A DNA stretch of 62,693 nt, filler included, from Nemertoderma westbladi (GCA_032718475.1; 3 parts of 3 records of this genome joined end to end with filler, not necessarily neighbours in it); one strand, 5' to 3'; shown: positions 24,644-37,428, counted from the first letter of the whole stretch. Notes: generated by a model not told the origin, from the sequence alone. Translations and numbers: made by a program.

Positions 24644-25092
24644 GGGCGTAACATGGTCTCTCGATGCGCATAACCGACAACGTTGCCGAGAAACATAGTT
24701 GGCATGGCGATAATCGTACGCAGTGAGACACTGTGGACCTTGATACCATTCTAGGATGTAATCGTTGTCGTTGTTCCGAGCGCGATAGGCTGAATCTCTT
24801 CAGATTCCAGACATATTGGTTCGTCTTCCCAGTCTGTTACGAATAGAATTTTCGTGATCTATTCTCGGTTTATCGTTACGACGCCGCTGGGTATGATATT
24901 TAAATAGAACCATTTCCGTTTCGGTGCCTACATCGTCCGTATCATGTAAATCGATAGGATGGCCGGTAGTTAAGAAGTCCATATACGTACCATTACGATG
25001 CGTATAGCGAGCGGTTAATTTTCGATAGTCCAATTCACGCATAAGTTGCTCTTGGGACATCGGCGGTTCGATATCGTTAATCGATAAATAAA

Positions 25093-25192
25093 NNNNNNNN
25101 NNNNNNNNNNNNNNNNNNNNNNNNNNNNNNNNNNNNTTAATTAATTAANNNNNNNNNNNNNNNNNNNNNNNNNNNNNNNNNNNNNNNNNNNN
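25093..25192. other. Assembly gap with artificial spacer
   Basis: N44-TTAATTAATTAA-N44, 100 bp in total. Confidence 0.97.
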
Positions 25193-26559
25193 TATAAGCA
25201 TTAATATCTTTAATTTATCTTTTATTAATATTTTTGGAGGATGTTGATCCGTTTCTATAGTTCTCCTGTCTACCGCTGAAAGGCGAAATGTATCAAGGAA
25301 AGTAATTAACATTTATTGTTTATAATTATTATCACGTGCTGCGCGAAGGTCCCACTCCGAGTACCGAATTAACATTGCCACATAACACATAACCCTTCGT
25401 TATCTAATAAATTATTGCGACAATATTTCCATTGTACGAATGATTCGCAGTTAATAAAGTAATCGCATATTTGCACGTCATATATCCGGTCTCAATATAA
25501 CTGATATTATATTATTGGAGTACCCAAGAGAGATAACTCACTTATCAAATAACTTTGGTAGACAATAAAATAATACACTACATAGTATTGTTAAGTGTTG
25601 ATAATGTTAGTAGATTGATACACTTTTTTATAAAGTAATGCACTCTGCACATGGCATATAAACATTTTATGGTGTTGTTCGATATTTAATAACAACTACG
25701 GGAAAAATAAATATTCTTTTGTATTTTTCATATTGCTGTATTTCATTCTAAGATTTCATACAACAAAAATTACCCCATTCTATTTGCCTTAGAGTTTACC
25801 ATAAGGGCGCGTGCCGTGAGCTTGTTTATCAGAGATCCGTGCAGTTACCTTGGATACGGGAGATTGTAATTGGATGGCCTCCTGTCTTGGGGCCGTGCTT
25901 GGAATATTAATGAGATGAACGGGCAGCTTTGCCTTTGTGCTCTATAAGTAGCCCAACCTGTACAACTTGTATCTCAGTCAGACCAATAAATCAATATCGG
26001 CTACTCTCTTATTAAACTTTGTTTCCATTTTTGATTTCTTAGTGTTACAGTAAAGGCATACTGTAATATCGGTTTCTAATTTAGTTAATTATTTTTGGTG
26101 ACAAACCCATTTGTGTGATGTGGGATATAAACCAAGGCATATTTCCGTAATTCATTGCATACAAGTATACTTCTTAGTCCACCAGCCACCTGATAAGATA
26201 ATATCATTATTATTTGTTAACTAAAAATATTGAAATATACTTAAATTAAATTTATTTATGGCACTTAATTTAATTTGTGACACATAATTTCATTATGCTG
26301 GCACTTAATTGAATAATCGTGGCACATCAATTATTATCAAAATCATTTAATAATGTGCCAGTTTAATCAAATAATGTGCCACTTGAATTATAAAATATCC
26401 AAACACTAACTGGACTACGCGGTCTTATTAGACACTTCCCTCTATTTTTCTACAAATTTTTATTTATTTTAATACATTTTTATTTAGTTTTATTATTTTT
26501 ATTAATAAACTATAAACGTATGCGGTAGTAACTGAGCGTTATACATTTATTATGTGTAG

Positions 26560-26622
26560 TTTGCGATCCGACAGTTTATCACCAGAGGTGAATTATAACG
26601 ACGATGAAAGTAAATCCCCCAG
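26560..26622 (+). CDS. ARNT: ARNT upstream coding exon (start codon exon not found)
   Basis: Boundaries tgtgtAG|T...CCCAG|GTtggt. Encodes LRSDSLSPEVNYNDDESKSPR (cf. ARNT DFDDDGEGNSKFLR). Phase 2 fits the next exon. Confidence 0.6.
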
Positions 26623-26744
26623 GTTGGTTATGCAATAATATAAACACAGTACTGTGAATGGGATAATATACACCTGTAGGATACATACGAATACACGTTG
26701 TCAACTTCTCTGGGGTATGGGGTACAGTCGTGCATGCAGCAGGC

Positions 26745-26890
26745 CAGCTGGCAACTGGCACAGTACTGTCGGGATGCTACAGACCAGAGCCGGCAACTGG
26801 CACAGTAGTGTCGGGATGCTACAGACCAGAGCCGGCAACTGGCACAGTAGTGTCGGGATGTTACAGACCAGAGCTGGCAACTATGGGGTA
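26745..26890. repeat. 42-bp tandem repeat (about 3 copies), related to the 43-bp array
   Basis: GCCGGCAACTGGCACAGTAGTGTCGGGATGCTACAGACCAGA repeated. Confidence 0.85.
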
Positions 26891-26917
26891 CGTTCCAATA
26901 ATAACAGCAGTTATACT

Positions 26918-28425
26918 GCGAACTTTGTTCCAATAGATGCGAACTTTGTTCCAATAGATGCGTACTTTGTTCCAATAGATGCGAACTTTGTTCCAATAGA
27001 TACGAACTTTGTTCGAATAGATGCGAACTTTGTTCCAAAAGATGCGTACTTTGTTCCAATAGATGCGAACTTTGTTCCAATAGATACGAACTTTGTTCCA
27101 AAAGATGCGTACTTTGTTCCAATAGATGCGAACTTTGTTCCAATAGATACGAACTTTGTTCCAATAGATGCGAACTTTGTTCCAATAGATGCGAACTTTG
27201 TTCCAATAGATGCGAACTTTGTTCTAATAGATACGAACTTTGTTCCAATGGTTGCGAACTTTGTTCTAATAGATGCGAACTTTGTTCCAATAGATACGAA
27301 CTTTGTTCCAATAGATGCGAACTTTGTTCCAATAGATGCGAACTTTGTTCCAATAGATGCGTACTTTGTTCCAATAGATGCGAACTTTGTTCCAATAGAT
27401 ACGAACTTTGTTCCATTAGATGCGAACTTTGTTCCAAAAGATGCGTACTTTGTTCCAATAGATGCGAACTTTGTTCCAATAGTTACGAACTTTGTTCCAA
27501 AAGATGCGAACTTTGTTCCAATAGATGCGAACTTTGTTCCAATAGATGCGAACTTTGTTCCAATAGATGCGTACTTTGTTCCAATAGATGCGAACTTTGT
27601 TCCAATAGATGCGAACTTTGTTCCAAAAGATGCGTACTTTGTTCCAATAGATGCGAACTTTGTTCCAATAGATACGAACTTTGTTCCAAAAGATGCGTAC
27701 TTTGTTCCAATAGATGCGAACTTTGTTCCAATAGATACGAACTTTGTTCCAATAGATGCGAACTTTGTTCCAATAGATGCGAACTTTGTTCCAATAGATG
27801 CGAACTTTGTTCTAATAGATACGAACTTTGTTCCAATGGTTGCGAACTTTGTTCCAATAGATGCGAACTTTGTTCCAATAGATGCGAACTTTGTTCCAAT
27901 AGATGCGAACTTTGTTCTAATAGATACGAACTTTGTTCCAATGGTTGCGAACTTTGTTCCAATAGATGCGAACTTTGTTCCAATAGATACGAACTTTGTT
28001 CCAATAGATGCGAACTTTGTTCCAATAGATGCGAACTTTGTTCCAATAGATGCGTACTTTGTTCCAATAGATGCGAACTTTGTTCCAATAGATACGAACT
28101 TTGTTCCAATAGATGGGAACTTTGTTCCAAATAATGCGTACTTTGTTCCAATAGATGCGAACTTTGTTCCAATAGATACGAACTTTGTTCCAATAGATGC
28201 GAACTTTGTTCCAATAGATGCGAACTTTGTTCCAATAGATGCGAACTTTGTTCCAATAGATGCTAACTTTGTTCCAATAGATGATAATTTTGTTCCAATA
28301 GATGCGAACTTTGTTCTAATAGATACAAACTTTGTTCCAATGGTTGCGAACTTTGTTCCAATAGATGCGAACTCCTGTTTCAATAGATGCGAACATTGTT
28401 CCAATAGATGCGAATTTTGTTCCAA
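26918..28425. repeat. 21-bp minisatellite (about 70 copies), unit GCGAACTTTGTTCCAATAGAT
   Basis: Directly visible; lies within an ARNT intron. Confidence 0.98.
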
Positions 28426-28547
28426 TCAACAAATTATATTTGAATAATCACTCTTAATATTTTAACTACATAATAATGCAAAAGGCACTAATAACAACTA
28501 TGCTATGGCAAAGTATAGTTGGGACGATGCAGGCTAGCTGGTAGCTC

Positions 28548-29664
28548 TGGCAAGGATACAGACGGGATGCTGTAGGAGAGCTGGTAAATATGGTAAGGGT
28601 AAAGACGGGATGCTGTAGGACAGCTGGTAAATATGGTGAGGATACAGACGGGATGCTGTAGGACAGCTGGTAAATATGGTAAGGGTAAAGACGGGATGCT
28701 GTAGGACAGCTGGTAAATATGGTAAGGGTACAGACGGGATGCTGTAGGACAGCTGGTAAATATGGTAAGGGTAAAGACGGGATGCTGTAGGACAGCTGGT
28801 AAATATGGTGAGGATACAGACGGGATGCTGTAGGAGAGCTGGTAAATATGGTAAGGGTAAAGACGGGATGCTGTAGGACAGCTGGTAAATATGGTGAGGA
28901 TACAGACGGGATGCTGTAGGACAGCTGGTAAATATGGTAAGGGTATTGGCGGGATGCTGTAGGACAGCTGTTAAATATGGTGAGGGTACAGACGGGATGC
29001 TGTAGGACAGCTGGTAAATATGGTAAGGGTACAGACGGGATGATGTAGGACAGCTGGTAAATATGGTGAGGATACAGACGTGATGCTGTAGGACAGCTGG
29101 TAAATATGGTGAGGATACAGACGTGATGCTGTAGGACAGCTGGTAAATGAGGTAAGGGTACAGACGGGATGCTGTAGGATTGCTGGTAAATATGGTAAGG
29201 GTAAAGACGGGATGCTGTAGGACAGCTGGTAAATATGGTAAGGGTACAGACGGGATGCTGTAGGACAGCTGGTAAATATGGTAAGGGTAAAGACGGGATG
29301 CTGTAGGACAGCTGGTAAATATGGTAAGGGTACAGACGGGATGATGTAGGACAGCTGGTAAATATGGTGAGGATACAGACGGGATGCTGTAGGACAGCTG
29401 GTAAATATGGTAAGGATACAGACGGGATGCTGTAGGACAGCTGGTAAATATGGTAAGGGTACAGACGGGATGCTGTAGGACAGCTGGTAAATATGGTAAG
29501 GGTACAGACGGGATGCTGTAGGACAGCTGGTAAATATGGTAAGGGTATAGACGGGATGCTGTAGGACAGCTGGTAAATATGGTAAGGGTACAGACGGGGT
29601 GCTGTAGGTAGGACAGCGGGTAAATATGGTAAGGGTACAGACGGGATGCTGTAGGACAGCTGGT
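28548..29664. repeat. 43-bp tandem array (about 26 copies), unit GACGGGATGCTGTAGGACAGCTGGTAAATATGGTAAGGGTACA
   Basis: Directly visible; ends about 18 nt before the ARNT bHLH exon. Confidence 0.97.
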
Positions 29665-29682
29665 ATTAATTTTGTGTTGCAG

Positions 29683-29882
29683 ACCCGATGATGAGGATTC
29701 CCCCGAAAAGGATAAATATTCACGCGAGAATCACAGCGAGATTGAGCGGCGTCGACGGAATAAGATGACAGCTTACATCCAGGAACTCGCAGACATGGTG
29801 CCTACCTGCGCCTCGTTGGCAAGGAAACCAGATAAACTAACGATACTACGGATGGCCGTGTCCCATCTAAAGTCTATGCGAG
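29683..29882 (+). CDS. ARNT: ARNT bHLH exon
   Basis: [54 protein letters not shown] is the diagnostic ARNT bHLH. Boundaries ttgcAG|...G|GTgagt. Confidence 0.97.
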
Positions 29883-30214
29883 GTGAGTTCTAATTGACAC
29901 CATTATCTCCTGCCGCAGCGCCAATAGTTAGGATTGGAGCCGGCTTTAGCGGCTGTGATCAGGGCCTAATTTGGGGATATTATTCCCAACTCTACCAGTT
30001 TGTTAATGTAGTTAAATAAGAACAGCATGATATGTACTATGGGGCGAGCCACGAAGTGGTGGTTATGAAATTATAGGTTATGAAATAAGTGAGTTTTTCG
30101 TTTCTATTAATTTCATTGCACTTCATTATTTATATTGTTATACTGAATATTATATAATATTACATTAATATTTTCTAAATCTTCTATTTTCTTACATGTT
30201 CATTATCTGTACAG

Positions 30215-30387
30215 GTACAGGAAACACTTCTACTGAAGGCAGTTATAAACCTTCATTCCTAAATGACCAGGAACTCAAACATATGATTCTGGAAGCGGCG
30301 GACGGTTTTTTATTTGTCGTTGGCTGCGACACAGGGAAGATAATTTACGTATCCGATTCAGTAACACCTGTTCTCAATGTCCATCAG
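30215..30387 (+). CDS. ARNT: ARNT exon (start of PAS-A)
   Basis: [54 protein letters not shown]; canonical AG/GT boundaries. Confidence 0.96.
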
Positions 30388-30625
30388 GTATTTATGCTAT
30401 ATCGTTGATAAATTTAACAAAGTTGTATTTAAGATCATGGATTATTTAAGAATGCATAATATTAATATATTTTTAAAACTACGTTTGATGTATCGGGACC
30501 GGCATGCAGTTGTACACTACGTCAATTTCAGAACTTTTTTACAACTGATTTTTTCTCCGTAGAAGTCAATATATGTTATGTTTAATTGTGGCCGAAATGG
30601 ACCAACGTACATGGGCCTTTCCTCA

Positions 30626-30957
30626 TTCTAGAACGATTGGTACGGACACACTTGGTGTGATATTGTTCTAGAACGATTGGTACGGACACACTTTCACACT
30701 TTGTATGATATTGTTCTAGAACGATATTGGTACGGACACACCTTGTATGATATTGTTCTAGAACGATTGGTACGGACGCACCTTGTATGATATTGTTCTA
30801 GAACGATTGGTACGGACGCACTTTGTATGATATTGTTCTAGAACGATTGGTACGGACACACTTTGTATGATATTGTTCTAGAACGATTGGTACGGACACA
30901 CCTTGTATGATATTGTTCTAGAACGATTGGTACGGACACACTTTGTATGATATTGTT
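30626..30957 (+). repeat. Eight tandem copies of a unit of about 40 bp: acceptor TTCTAG plus first 34 nt of an ARNT exon
   Basis: TTCTAG|AACGATTGGTACGGACACACTTTGTATGATATTG with exon-like starts at 30632, 30672, 30720, 30762, 30802, 30842, 30882 and 30922. Confidence 0.95.
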
Positions 30958-31072
30958 CATCCGGAAGACGTCCAGAAACTCAATGAACATTTAAACTCAG
31001 TGATGGAAGGGAATCCCTCAGGAAGAATATTGGATCTGAAAACCGGAACTGTGAAAAAAGATTCACATCAAA
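30922..31072 (+). CDS. ARNT: ARNT PAS-A exon
   Basis: [24 protein letters not shown]...[17 protein letters not shown]; donor A|GTaagt. Confidence 0.94.
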
Positions 31073-31939
31073 GTAAGTTAATAAGCCGCGGAATTTATTT
31101 TATATTAGAGTTGCAGCAAATACTTAAGAACTATTTATATCATTGTGTACCGGTATCGGGGAGCTCAGTGAAGGGGGTAGTGAAGAGGGTTTACACAAAT
31201 ATACAGAGTCTTTAAGACTGAATAGTGCCTTTCATACAATGATACATGTAACTTTGTAACATAGCAATCCAAACGCTGCAAATTAATCACTTAGAGACAA
31301 TCAAATCAACCAATCTTTCAGGAAACATCGTTAAGGTGATATAATGTAACAAAAACATTTAAAATTAAACACTTACATTAAAAACAAAATACAATACAAT
31401 GTGGTAAGTGTTAAGTAATACCTGTGGTGAAAAGAATGACCTTGTTCGCTGGGGGAAAATCGAACAAAATTTTAAAATAAATAATTTGATCTCTGAAAGG
31501 AATGAAAATAAAGGAAGTGGTATGAAATTTATAATTATAGTCGCCCGTCACAGTCACCATAAATATCGTCACTTCATAGTATTACTATTACAATTACAAT
31601 ACTATTACAATAAATACACACATTGAAAATAATTTTTTTCGATAAAAAATATTTTACTGCATATTTCGTACTGCGTATTTTACTACATATTTCGTTATAG
31701 TTGCCTGAGCCTGGAGTGAATTCACAATAGCAATAAGTGATGAAAGGTAATCAGAATAGTGATAACTACAATGGAACGTACTTTAAAAATAAACCGTATC
31801 TACGTGGCTTATTGTGCATGTGCAAAAAATTTGTATAACAGACGAATCATGGACTAGTCTTTTCAATAACAAGAGCTTACAGTTTGCCAGTCTATTTACC
31901 AGATGTAATCTTCCTTAAGTAGAAGTTGTTAAGCCTACT

Positions 31940-32352
31940 TACTGTCTTTCGTCCAGTTTCGCCTAGTCATCCTTCCACTCGATGATCCAATCGTATGTGG
32001 GAGAGAAGTCTTGTTGGTTCATAATCCAGTACATATTAGTGTGAACCCCAAAGGCCTTCGCCTTGGGGAGGACCATGATGTACTTGAAGAAATCCACCAA
32101 CACTTTTTGTGGGTTGTGCTACCACTCGTCCAGACAACTTCGTGGGAAAAAGTATTGGGTGGATTGTGAGCAGTCAGTGCCATCCACCATATTCCTGACC
32201 AACCGCTCTTTAGGGTCACATGGAACTCAGTGTTTCTGTCTCTGGCATCACGTCCCAGATGGCATCTATCGATGTCGTGGCGATCTTCAATTGCGCCTCA
32301 GCTGCGGCAGCAGCTGCCGCCGCTACTGCTGCCGGGTCTCCTTCTGCGACCC
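31940..32352 (-). pseudogene. Decayed exon-like fragment of an unknown gene, antisense in an ARNT intron
   Basis: Acceptor tttgtgttatttAG and donor-like CA|GTAAGT. Protein-like text (VAEGDPAAVAAAAAAAAEAQLK; CDPKERLVRNMVDG...LVDFFKYIMVLPKAKAFGVH) with a frameshift and stops. Confidence 0.35.
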
Positions 32353-33134
32353 TAAATAACACAAAGGATACAAGGACGCTCGCAATAATCTACTTCATTG
32401 TTGGAACTTTGACCTGAAACATAATGATAAAAAGTATAGTATTAGTCCTCGCTCCCAATCCAAAATGTTCTCAGCTGATGACTGGCACCGACTTATTAAC
32501 TAGATTGATTTAGACGTGTGTTTAATTAGTTTCAACCGCATCCGCATTCACCCACCTGCTATCATATCATATTTAAAGATTTGTAGAAAACTATGAGGGC
32601 GTGCGGGTGAGTGCAGATGCGACTGTCAAGAAATAACTTTATAATGTGTGTTAAAATTCAACACTTCAATTGCACTGGAAAATAACGACACCTAAAGAAG
32701 TAAAGGATCTGGTCGCAGCAGAGGCGTATCATAGTTTCTCAGGACCCGGGGGTAAACAAACCTTTAGCCCTCCCCCCCCCCCCCCCCACACACACAAAAA
32801 AAAAATTTTATAAACCCATTGAATAATTGACATTTTTTTATGAATAACGATAAATAATAAATGTAGTTGCCCTATTTCCAATTTTTCACAGTGATGTATT
32901 ATTATCTATTGTTGCTCCCTATTCAAAGTAGGTGCCTTTTATAGGATAGGGCGGCCTTTTATCTCTCCTTGGGGCTCGTTTTAGTAAGGCAGTAATTAAG
33001 TAGTAGCAAGTAAATTCCATAGTTTTTATCACGATAATTAATATCTCCGATGTCTCTGTTTTAAGGGGATATTAGTTGGTAACAAAGTTTGCATAAGAAG
33101 ATTAAGTTATTATGAAAAATATTATTAAACATAT

Positions 33135-33439
33135 GGCCCATGTGAAGAATACCAGACTTTCTGCCGTTATATTTCACTTTGCAGTTACCCTCATGTGAAG
33201 AATACCTGGTTTTCACCAAAACCACAGGTTACAGAAGGGCTGAATCTAACCAAAACAATAAACGAATTAGTACATGTACAGGTTATGAGACAGAAATAAG
33301 CGCTATAAAACACTTAATAAAGATAAATTTAAAAAAATAAAAAATCTTCATATATAAAATTCCAATAAAAAGTCGACCGAGAAGTGAAATCCTGGTATTC
33401 TTCACATGGGCGGAAATCCTGGTATTCTTCACATGGGCG
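33135..33439 (+). mobile_element. MITE with 8-bp TSD, copy 1
   Basis: TIR GGCCCATGTGAAGAATACCAG...CTGGTATTCTTCACATGGGCG with the right end duplicated. TSD AAACATAT / AAAAATAT. Confidence 0.75.
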
Positions 33440-33544
33440 AAAAATATTCCCGAATTACATTGAAATTATATAGCTTGAAATTAAAACATGCAAATTGCAG
33501 ATTCAGATGCAAATTATAACAACTCATGTAAAGGCTTTTGCGGA

Positions 33545-34730
33545 TATAACTAGTCATTTTCCCCGCAAAGTACTCTGTAGGTGTTTTAGCGGACATAAAA
33601 AGCCGTTTTCTTACTGTGTAGGTGTTTTAGTGGACATAAAAGGCCATTTTTCTGTATGTGTACTTTAGCGGACATAACAAGCCATTTTATGCCGCAATAC
33701 GCCAAAATACTCTTAATACAGTGTGGCTTAGATGACGAAATCTATCAGCTGATTTTGATATTGATGTGGAGCTTTTTAACTCTCTTTGTTCAGCTCACTC
33801 GACCAATCAGAGCGATTTTCATTTTATTTGCACAGAAGCCTACGGGAAATCGCGCAATGCATGACGGTCTTTGTTTACCTTTTTCCTGAGCCCAGAACAT
33901 CGGCTTTGGAATTATTCTTAGTTTCAGACTTTAGCCAAACATTCGACGGCTTTGATTATAGGAACGTATAACTGTTATCGAATCAAACAGCACACAGCAG
34001 ACTCATAGCAAACCAAACTCACCTCACCTTTCACCGCATTATTTTACTGCTATTTACTGTCGGTTATTAATTGTTAGAAGTTGATGGATATGTTGTCATA
34101 TTTGGAGAATATCGATAAATAATCATAAAACCCCAATCTTCTTGATATACTGAAGGTTAGAGAGACCGGTTACCTGTAGCAATTGCGACTTACATTATAG
34201 TGATTTTGGAGTGAATTGAATGCTATTTCATAATCCCTACATGTGTCAGTTGCTGTTCTCCTTATATATGATCAAATTTAGTGAAGGTCGGCAGATCAGT
34301 GTGCAGCAGTGTGCGGTAGTGTGCATGAGTGTGACAGATAACAAAGCATTTCCTAAAGAATGCGCTTTATACGAAAATCATTAGCCATCCCGTTGTGTTT
34401 AGTGTAAGTCATAACTCTGTTTACATACTTAGAGCGCCACGTTCAAAGGAACTGTTAATATTTCCCGAAAGTAAATAATATTTGTCAGAGATTATATATT
34501 AACGATCAATCGAATAGTACAGTAAGTCTACACCGCAATAAGGTCAGAGCCTCCGAATCCAGTCTCCCTTATCTGTGGGTGAATGGTCGCGCATAGGCTG
34601 GCTTCGGCTAGTGTAACTTTATATCTTATATGCAACAAATACTTGTTATAGGCTAAAGTCGATTTATAAACTAGAAGACACCTAAAATTAGCGGGTTAAA
34701 CTGCTAAAGGTCTAAAAGCGCGAACAACTC
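33545..34730 (-). repeat. Dispersed repeat of about 1.2 kb, copy 2 (inverted relative to 22402-23575)
   Basis: Shared blocks in reverse complement, as for copy 1. Confidence 0.7.
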
Positions 34731-35360
34731 AAAAAAAGGCCGTTTTGGCGCCCCCTTTGGCTGGCGCCCAGGGGCAACTAACCCCTAAAATAATGGAGGT
34801 AGTATAACACACAAAAATGTTGAACTCAATGATGCCGAAAGCAATAACTGATTCCTGCATGTCCTCTTCTTATATAGGTAACCATCGAGACAGAAAGACC
34901 TGATACCCAATAGGAATTCAGCTGTCCCCTTTTTCTAAGGACATTGATTCATAAAGTACCATTCTGTAGTTAGTATCCACTTCTTTCATTACAGCATCAA
35001 TAATATAACATTGTGACCTTCTTAGCTCAATCTTTGTCTAAATTGTTTCAATGTCGGAACCCCTTTAGAGTGAGTGACCTCATCTCCCATTGAATATAAA
35101 AAGCGGGAAAGCGGCCCTCTGATTAAAGGACTGGCTAATGCAGTCTTTTATCGCAAAGATAAAGGGATTTCCCAACCAATCCCGGAGCGGCATCCTATAG
35201 ATTAATTGACTGCGAGGTCAACTATGATTTCCCGTGTTGGTTATCAGTGCCTTTATTTCCTTTTTATTTCATGTTAGATGTTACGTAATTCGGCCTATTC
35301 AGCATTGACAATGGTTAATAATAACAATGTTAAAGGGGCTAACTGAAACAGACAAAGGAT

Positions 35361-35604
35361 CGCCCATGTGAAGAATACAAGGATTTCACTTTTCGGTCGA
35401 GTTAAGTGTTAAGTGTTTTACTTAAGTGTTTTATAACGCTTATTTCTGTCTTATAACCTGTACATATACTAATTCGTTTATTGTTTTGGTTAAATTCAGC
35501 CCTTCTGTAACCTGTGTTTTTGGTGAAAACCTGATATTCTTCACATGGGGGTAACTGCAAAGTGAAATATAACGGCAGAAAGTCTGGTATTCTTCACATG
35601 GGCC
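35361..35604 (-). mobile_element. MITE with 8-bp TSD, copy 2
   Basis: Same TIRs as 33135-33439, inverted. Perfect TSD CAAAGGAT at 35353-35360 and 35605-35612. Confidence 0.82.
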
Positions 35605-35869
35605 CAAAGGATATTTTATAGGCGACTTTATTAAGGCGTGTATTATACGTGAGAAAATACCAGGAATAACGGAAACACACAACCGTCAAATACAAAACAT
35701 TAATAAAACTTTTAAAAAATGTTAATAAATTCCTTCGGCCATGTGAAGATTACCATGTGTCCAGGATTCGACGGTGGTTACTGCTTAGTAAATACAGATA
35801 CATTAGCAAACCTATCACTATATAGAGTATTTTTACTATACAATAATGAATTAATTTTTCTTATTTCAG

Positions 35870-36064
35870 GTAACATGCGTCTTTGTCTAGGATCGCGCAG
35901 AGCATTTGTTGTCCGTTTGCGGTCCGGGACTATGGAACACGATTCTATTTATTTTCACAATCTACCGATACATTCTAGAACAAACGGACTAGGTAGCGAT
36001 GTCGACGATAGGAACTACGTGGTTGTTCACATAACCGGTTATATAAAGTCCTGGCCCCCTGCAG
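35870..36064 (+). CDS. ARNT: ARNT exon
   Basis: NMRLCLGSRRAFVVRLRSG...YVVVHITGYIKSWPPAG; boundaries ttttcttatttcAG / GTacgt. Confidence 0.94.
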
Positions 36065-36311
36065 GTACGTAAGTTGTGATTGGGAGGGGAGGTGGGGGGA
36101 GACAGTGGGAACCGTCACTCACACCCGAGCTGCGAGAGGAGGGGGGCGGGGGGTGGTAGACCGTTGGAACCCCCACGGTCTACCCCCAGGTAGGGCGTGG
36201 GGGGTGTGAAGGCGTGGGTGTCTGATTTCCCTAGAACGTGTGATGAGCTGGAAGATATATAAAACAAACATTAGATATATTCTGGAAGATTGATATACAA
36301 TTCATAAAAAA

Positions 36312-36640
36312 GCAGCAGCTTGGTCTAGGGTGACATTGCTGGCCTTCCAATTAGGAACCCCCTGGTCGTTCCCTAGATGGGGCAGCACTGTTTGGGCAAA
36401 TTGCGTTGAATTCTGCAGCCTAGCCCAACCCTTGCTTTCATCCTTGGGTGGTCGATAAATGGGAACCAAAGTAACTTGGGAAATTGAGTGAAACCCCTAT
36501 AAGTGTTTACTGTGCGTGGAAATGGTCACCACCCATGATGGTGGTGAACAGGTATTCCTTTAGGAAACAGAGTCTGGAAGGGTTTACTGTGAAAGATCAC
36601 CCTCCATCATGGTGGTAAACAGGCATTCCTTGGCATAACG
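36312..36640 (+). mobile_element. Degenerate tRNA-derived SINE (Nin/Deu-like domain)
   Basis: AGCTTGGTCTAGGG head and GCTTTCATCCTTGGGTGGTCGATAAATG motif. Confidence 0.5.
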
Positions 36641-36704
36641 AGCCTAAAAGATTACCCCATTCAAATCACAATAAATAATAAATGAATCCTCCACTTTTCC
36701 CCAG

Positions 36705-36891
36705 GAATAGCCCCAGACCCCGGAGTATCACAGAGTTCCCTGGAGGATAACAGCGCCCATCCTTGTCTGGTCGCCATCGCCCGGTTGCAGACAGTCAGTA
36801 ACTCCCATTGCGTTGACCTCACAGACAAGTCGGCCACAGAGTTCATGTGTCGGCACACACCCGACGGGAAGTGCACCTTCGTAGATCAAAG
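36705..36891 (+). CDS. ARNT: ARNT exon (start of PAS-B)
   Basis: HPCLVAIARLQTVS...ATEFMCRHTPDGKCTFVDQR; phases fit both neighbours. Confidence 0.93.
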
Positions 36892-37321
36892 GTTATTATC
36901 CAGATACTGGTATTGTAAGTTTAAGTCGGCCTAGTTTATGGAAATATACCATATTAACTATATGTAAACGTATTTTATGTAAACGTTAACTATATTAACT
37001 GTATGGAAACGTATTTTATGTAAACGTTAACTATATTAACTGTATGGAAACTATATCATAGTAAATCATTAGGGTTTCTAACAAACCTACTAATTTACAA
37101 CATTGGAAAATTAATTTAATTAGTTTATTTAATTAAAGTTAATTAGGGATATTTATATCTTTACTAAAAATTCGGACCAGCCGACAATTATTTAATAAGC
37201 ACAAACAGAGAACACATCAAATAGCAGTAATACTTTAGTTTTCAGTTTAACGACTTGAGTTTGTGTTACCAATGAAACAGTTGTGTTGATATATTCGGCA
37301 AATTTTACTGTTTTTTTACAG

Positions 37322-37428
37322 AGTCTCGGACGTTACTGGATACTCAACCTCGCATCTTATTGGTTCATTTATGTCGGAATTCTGTCACCCTGACGACCAG
37401 GTTCATCTCACAGAAAGTTTCCAGCAAG
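37322..37428 (+). CDS. ARNT: ARNT PAS-B exon
   Basis: VSDVTGYSTSHLIGSFMSEFCHPDDQVHLTESFQQV; canonical splice sites. Confidence 0.93.

Noticed and set aside
25137-25148. TTAATTAATTAA as a biological motif (also at 50517-50528)
   Set aside because: The identical 12-mer is centred in both 100-bp N gaps, which marks it as a six-frame-stop scaffolding spacer.
25670-26049. Solo LTR (TATAAG, AATAAA, ends TTACA)
   Set aside because: I could not find a matching 5' end or TSD.
26628-28447. ORFs of 257-597 aa (NFVPIDA / LLEQSSH / ASIGTKF repeats)
   Set aside because: A 21-bp unit leaves several frames open on both strands, and the region lies within an ARNT intron.
36950-37056. Duplication of about 41 bp as another junction array
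   Set aside because: It starts about 60 nt into the intron and contains no exon sequence or splice site.
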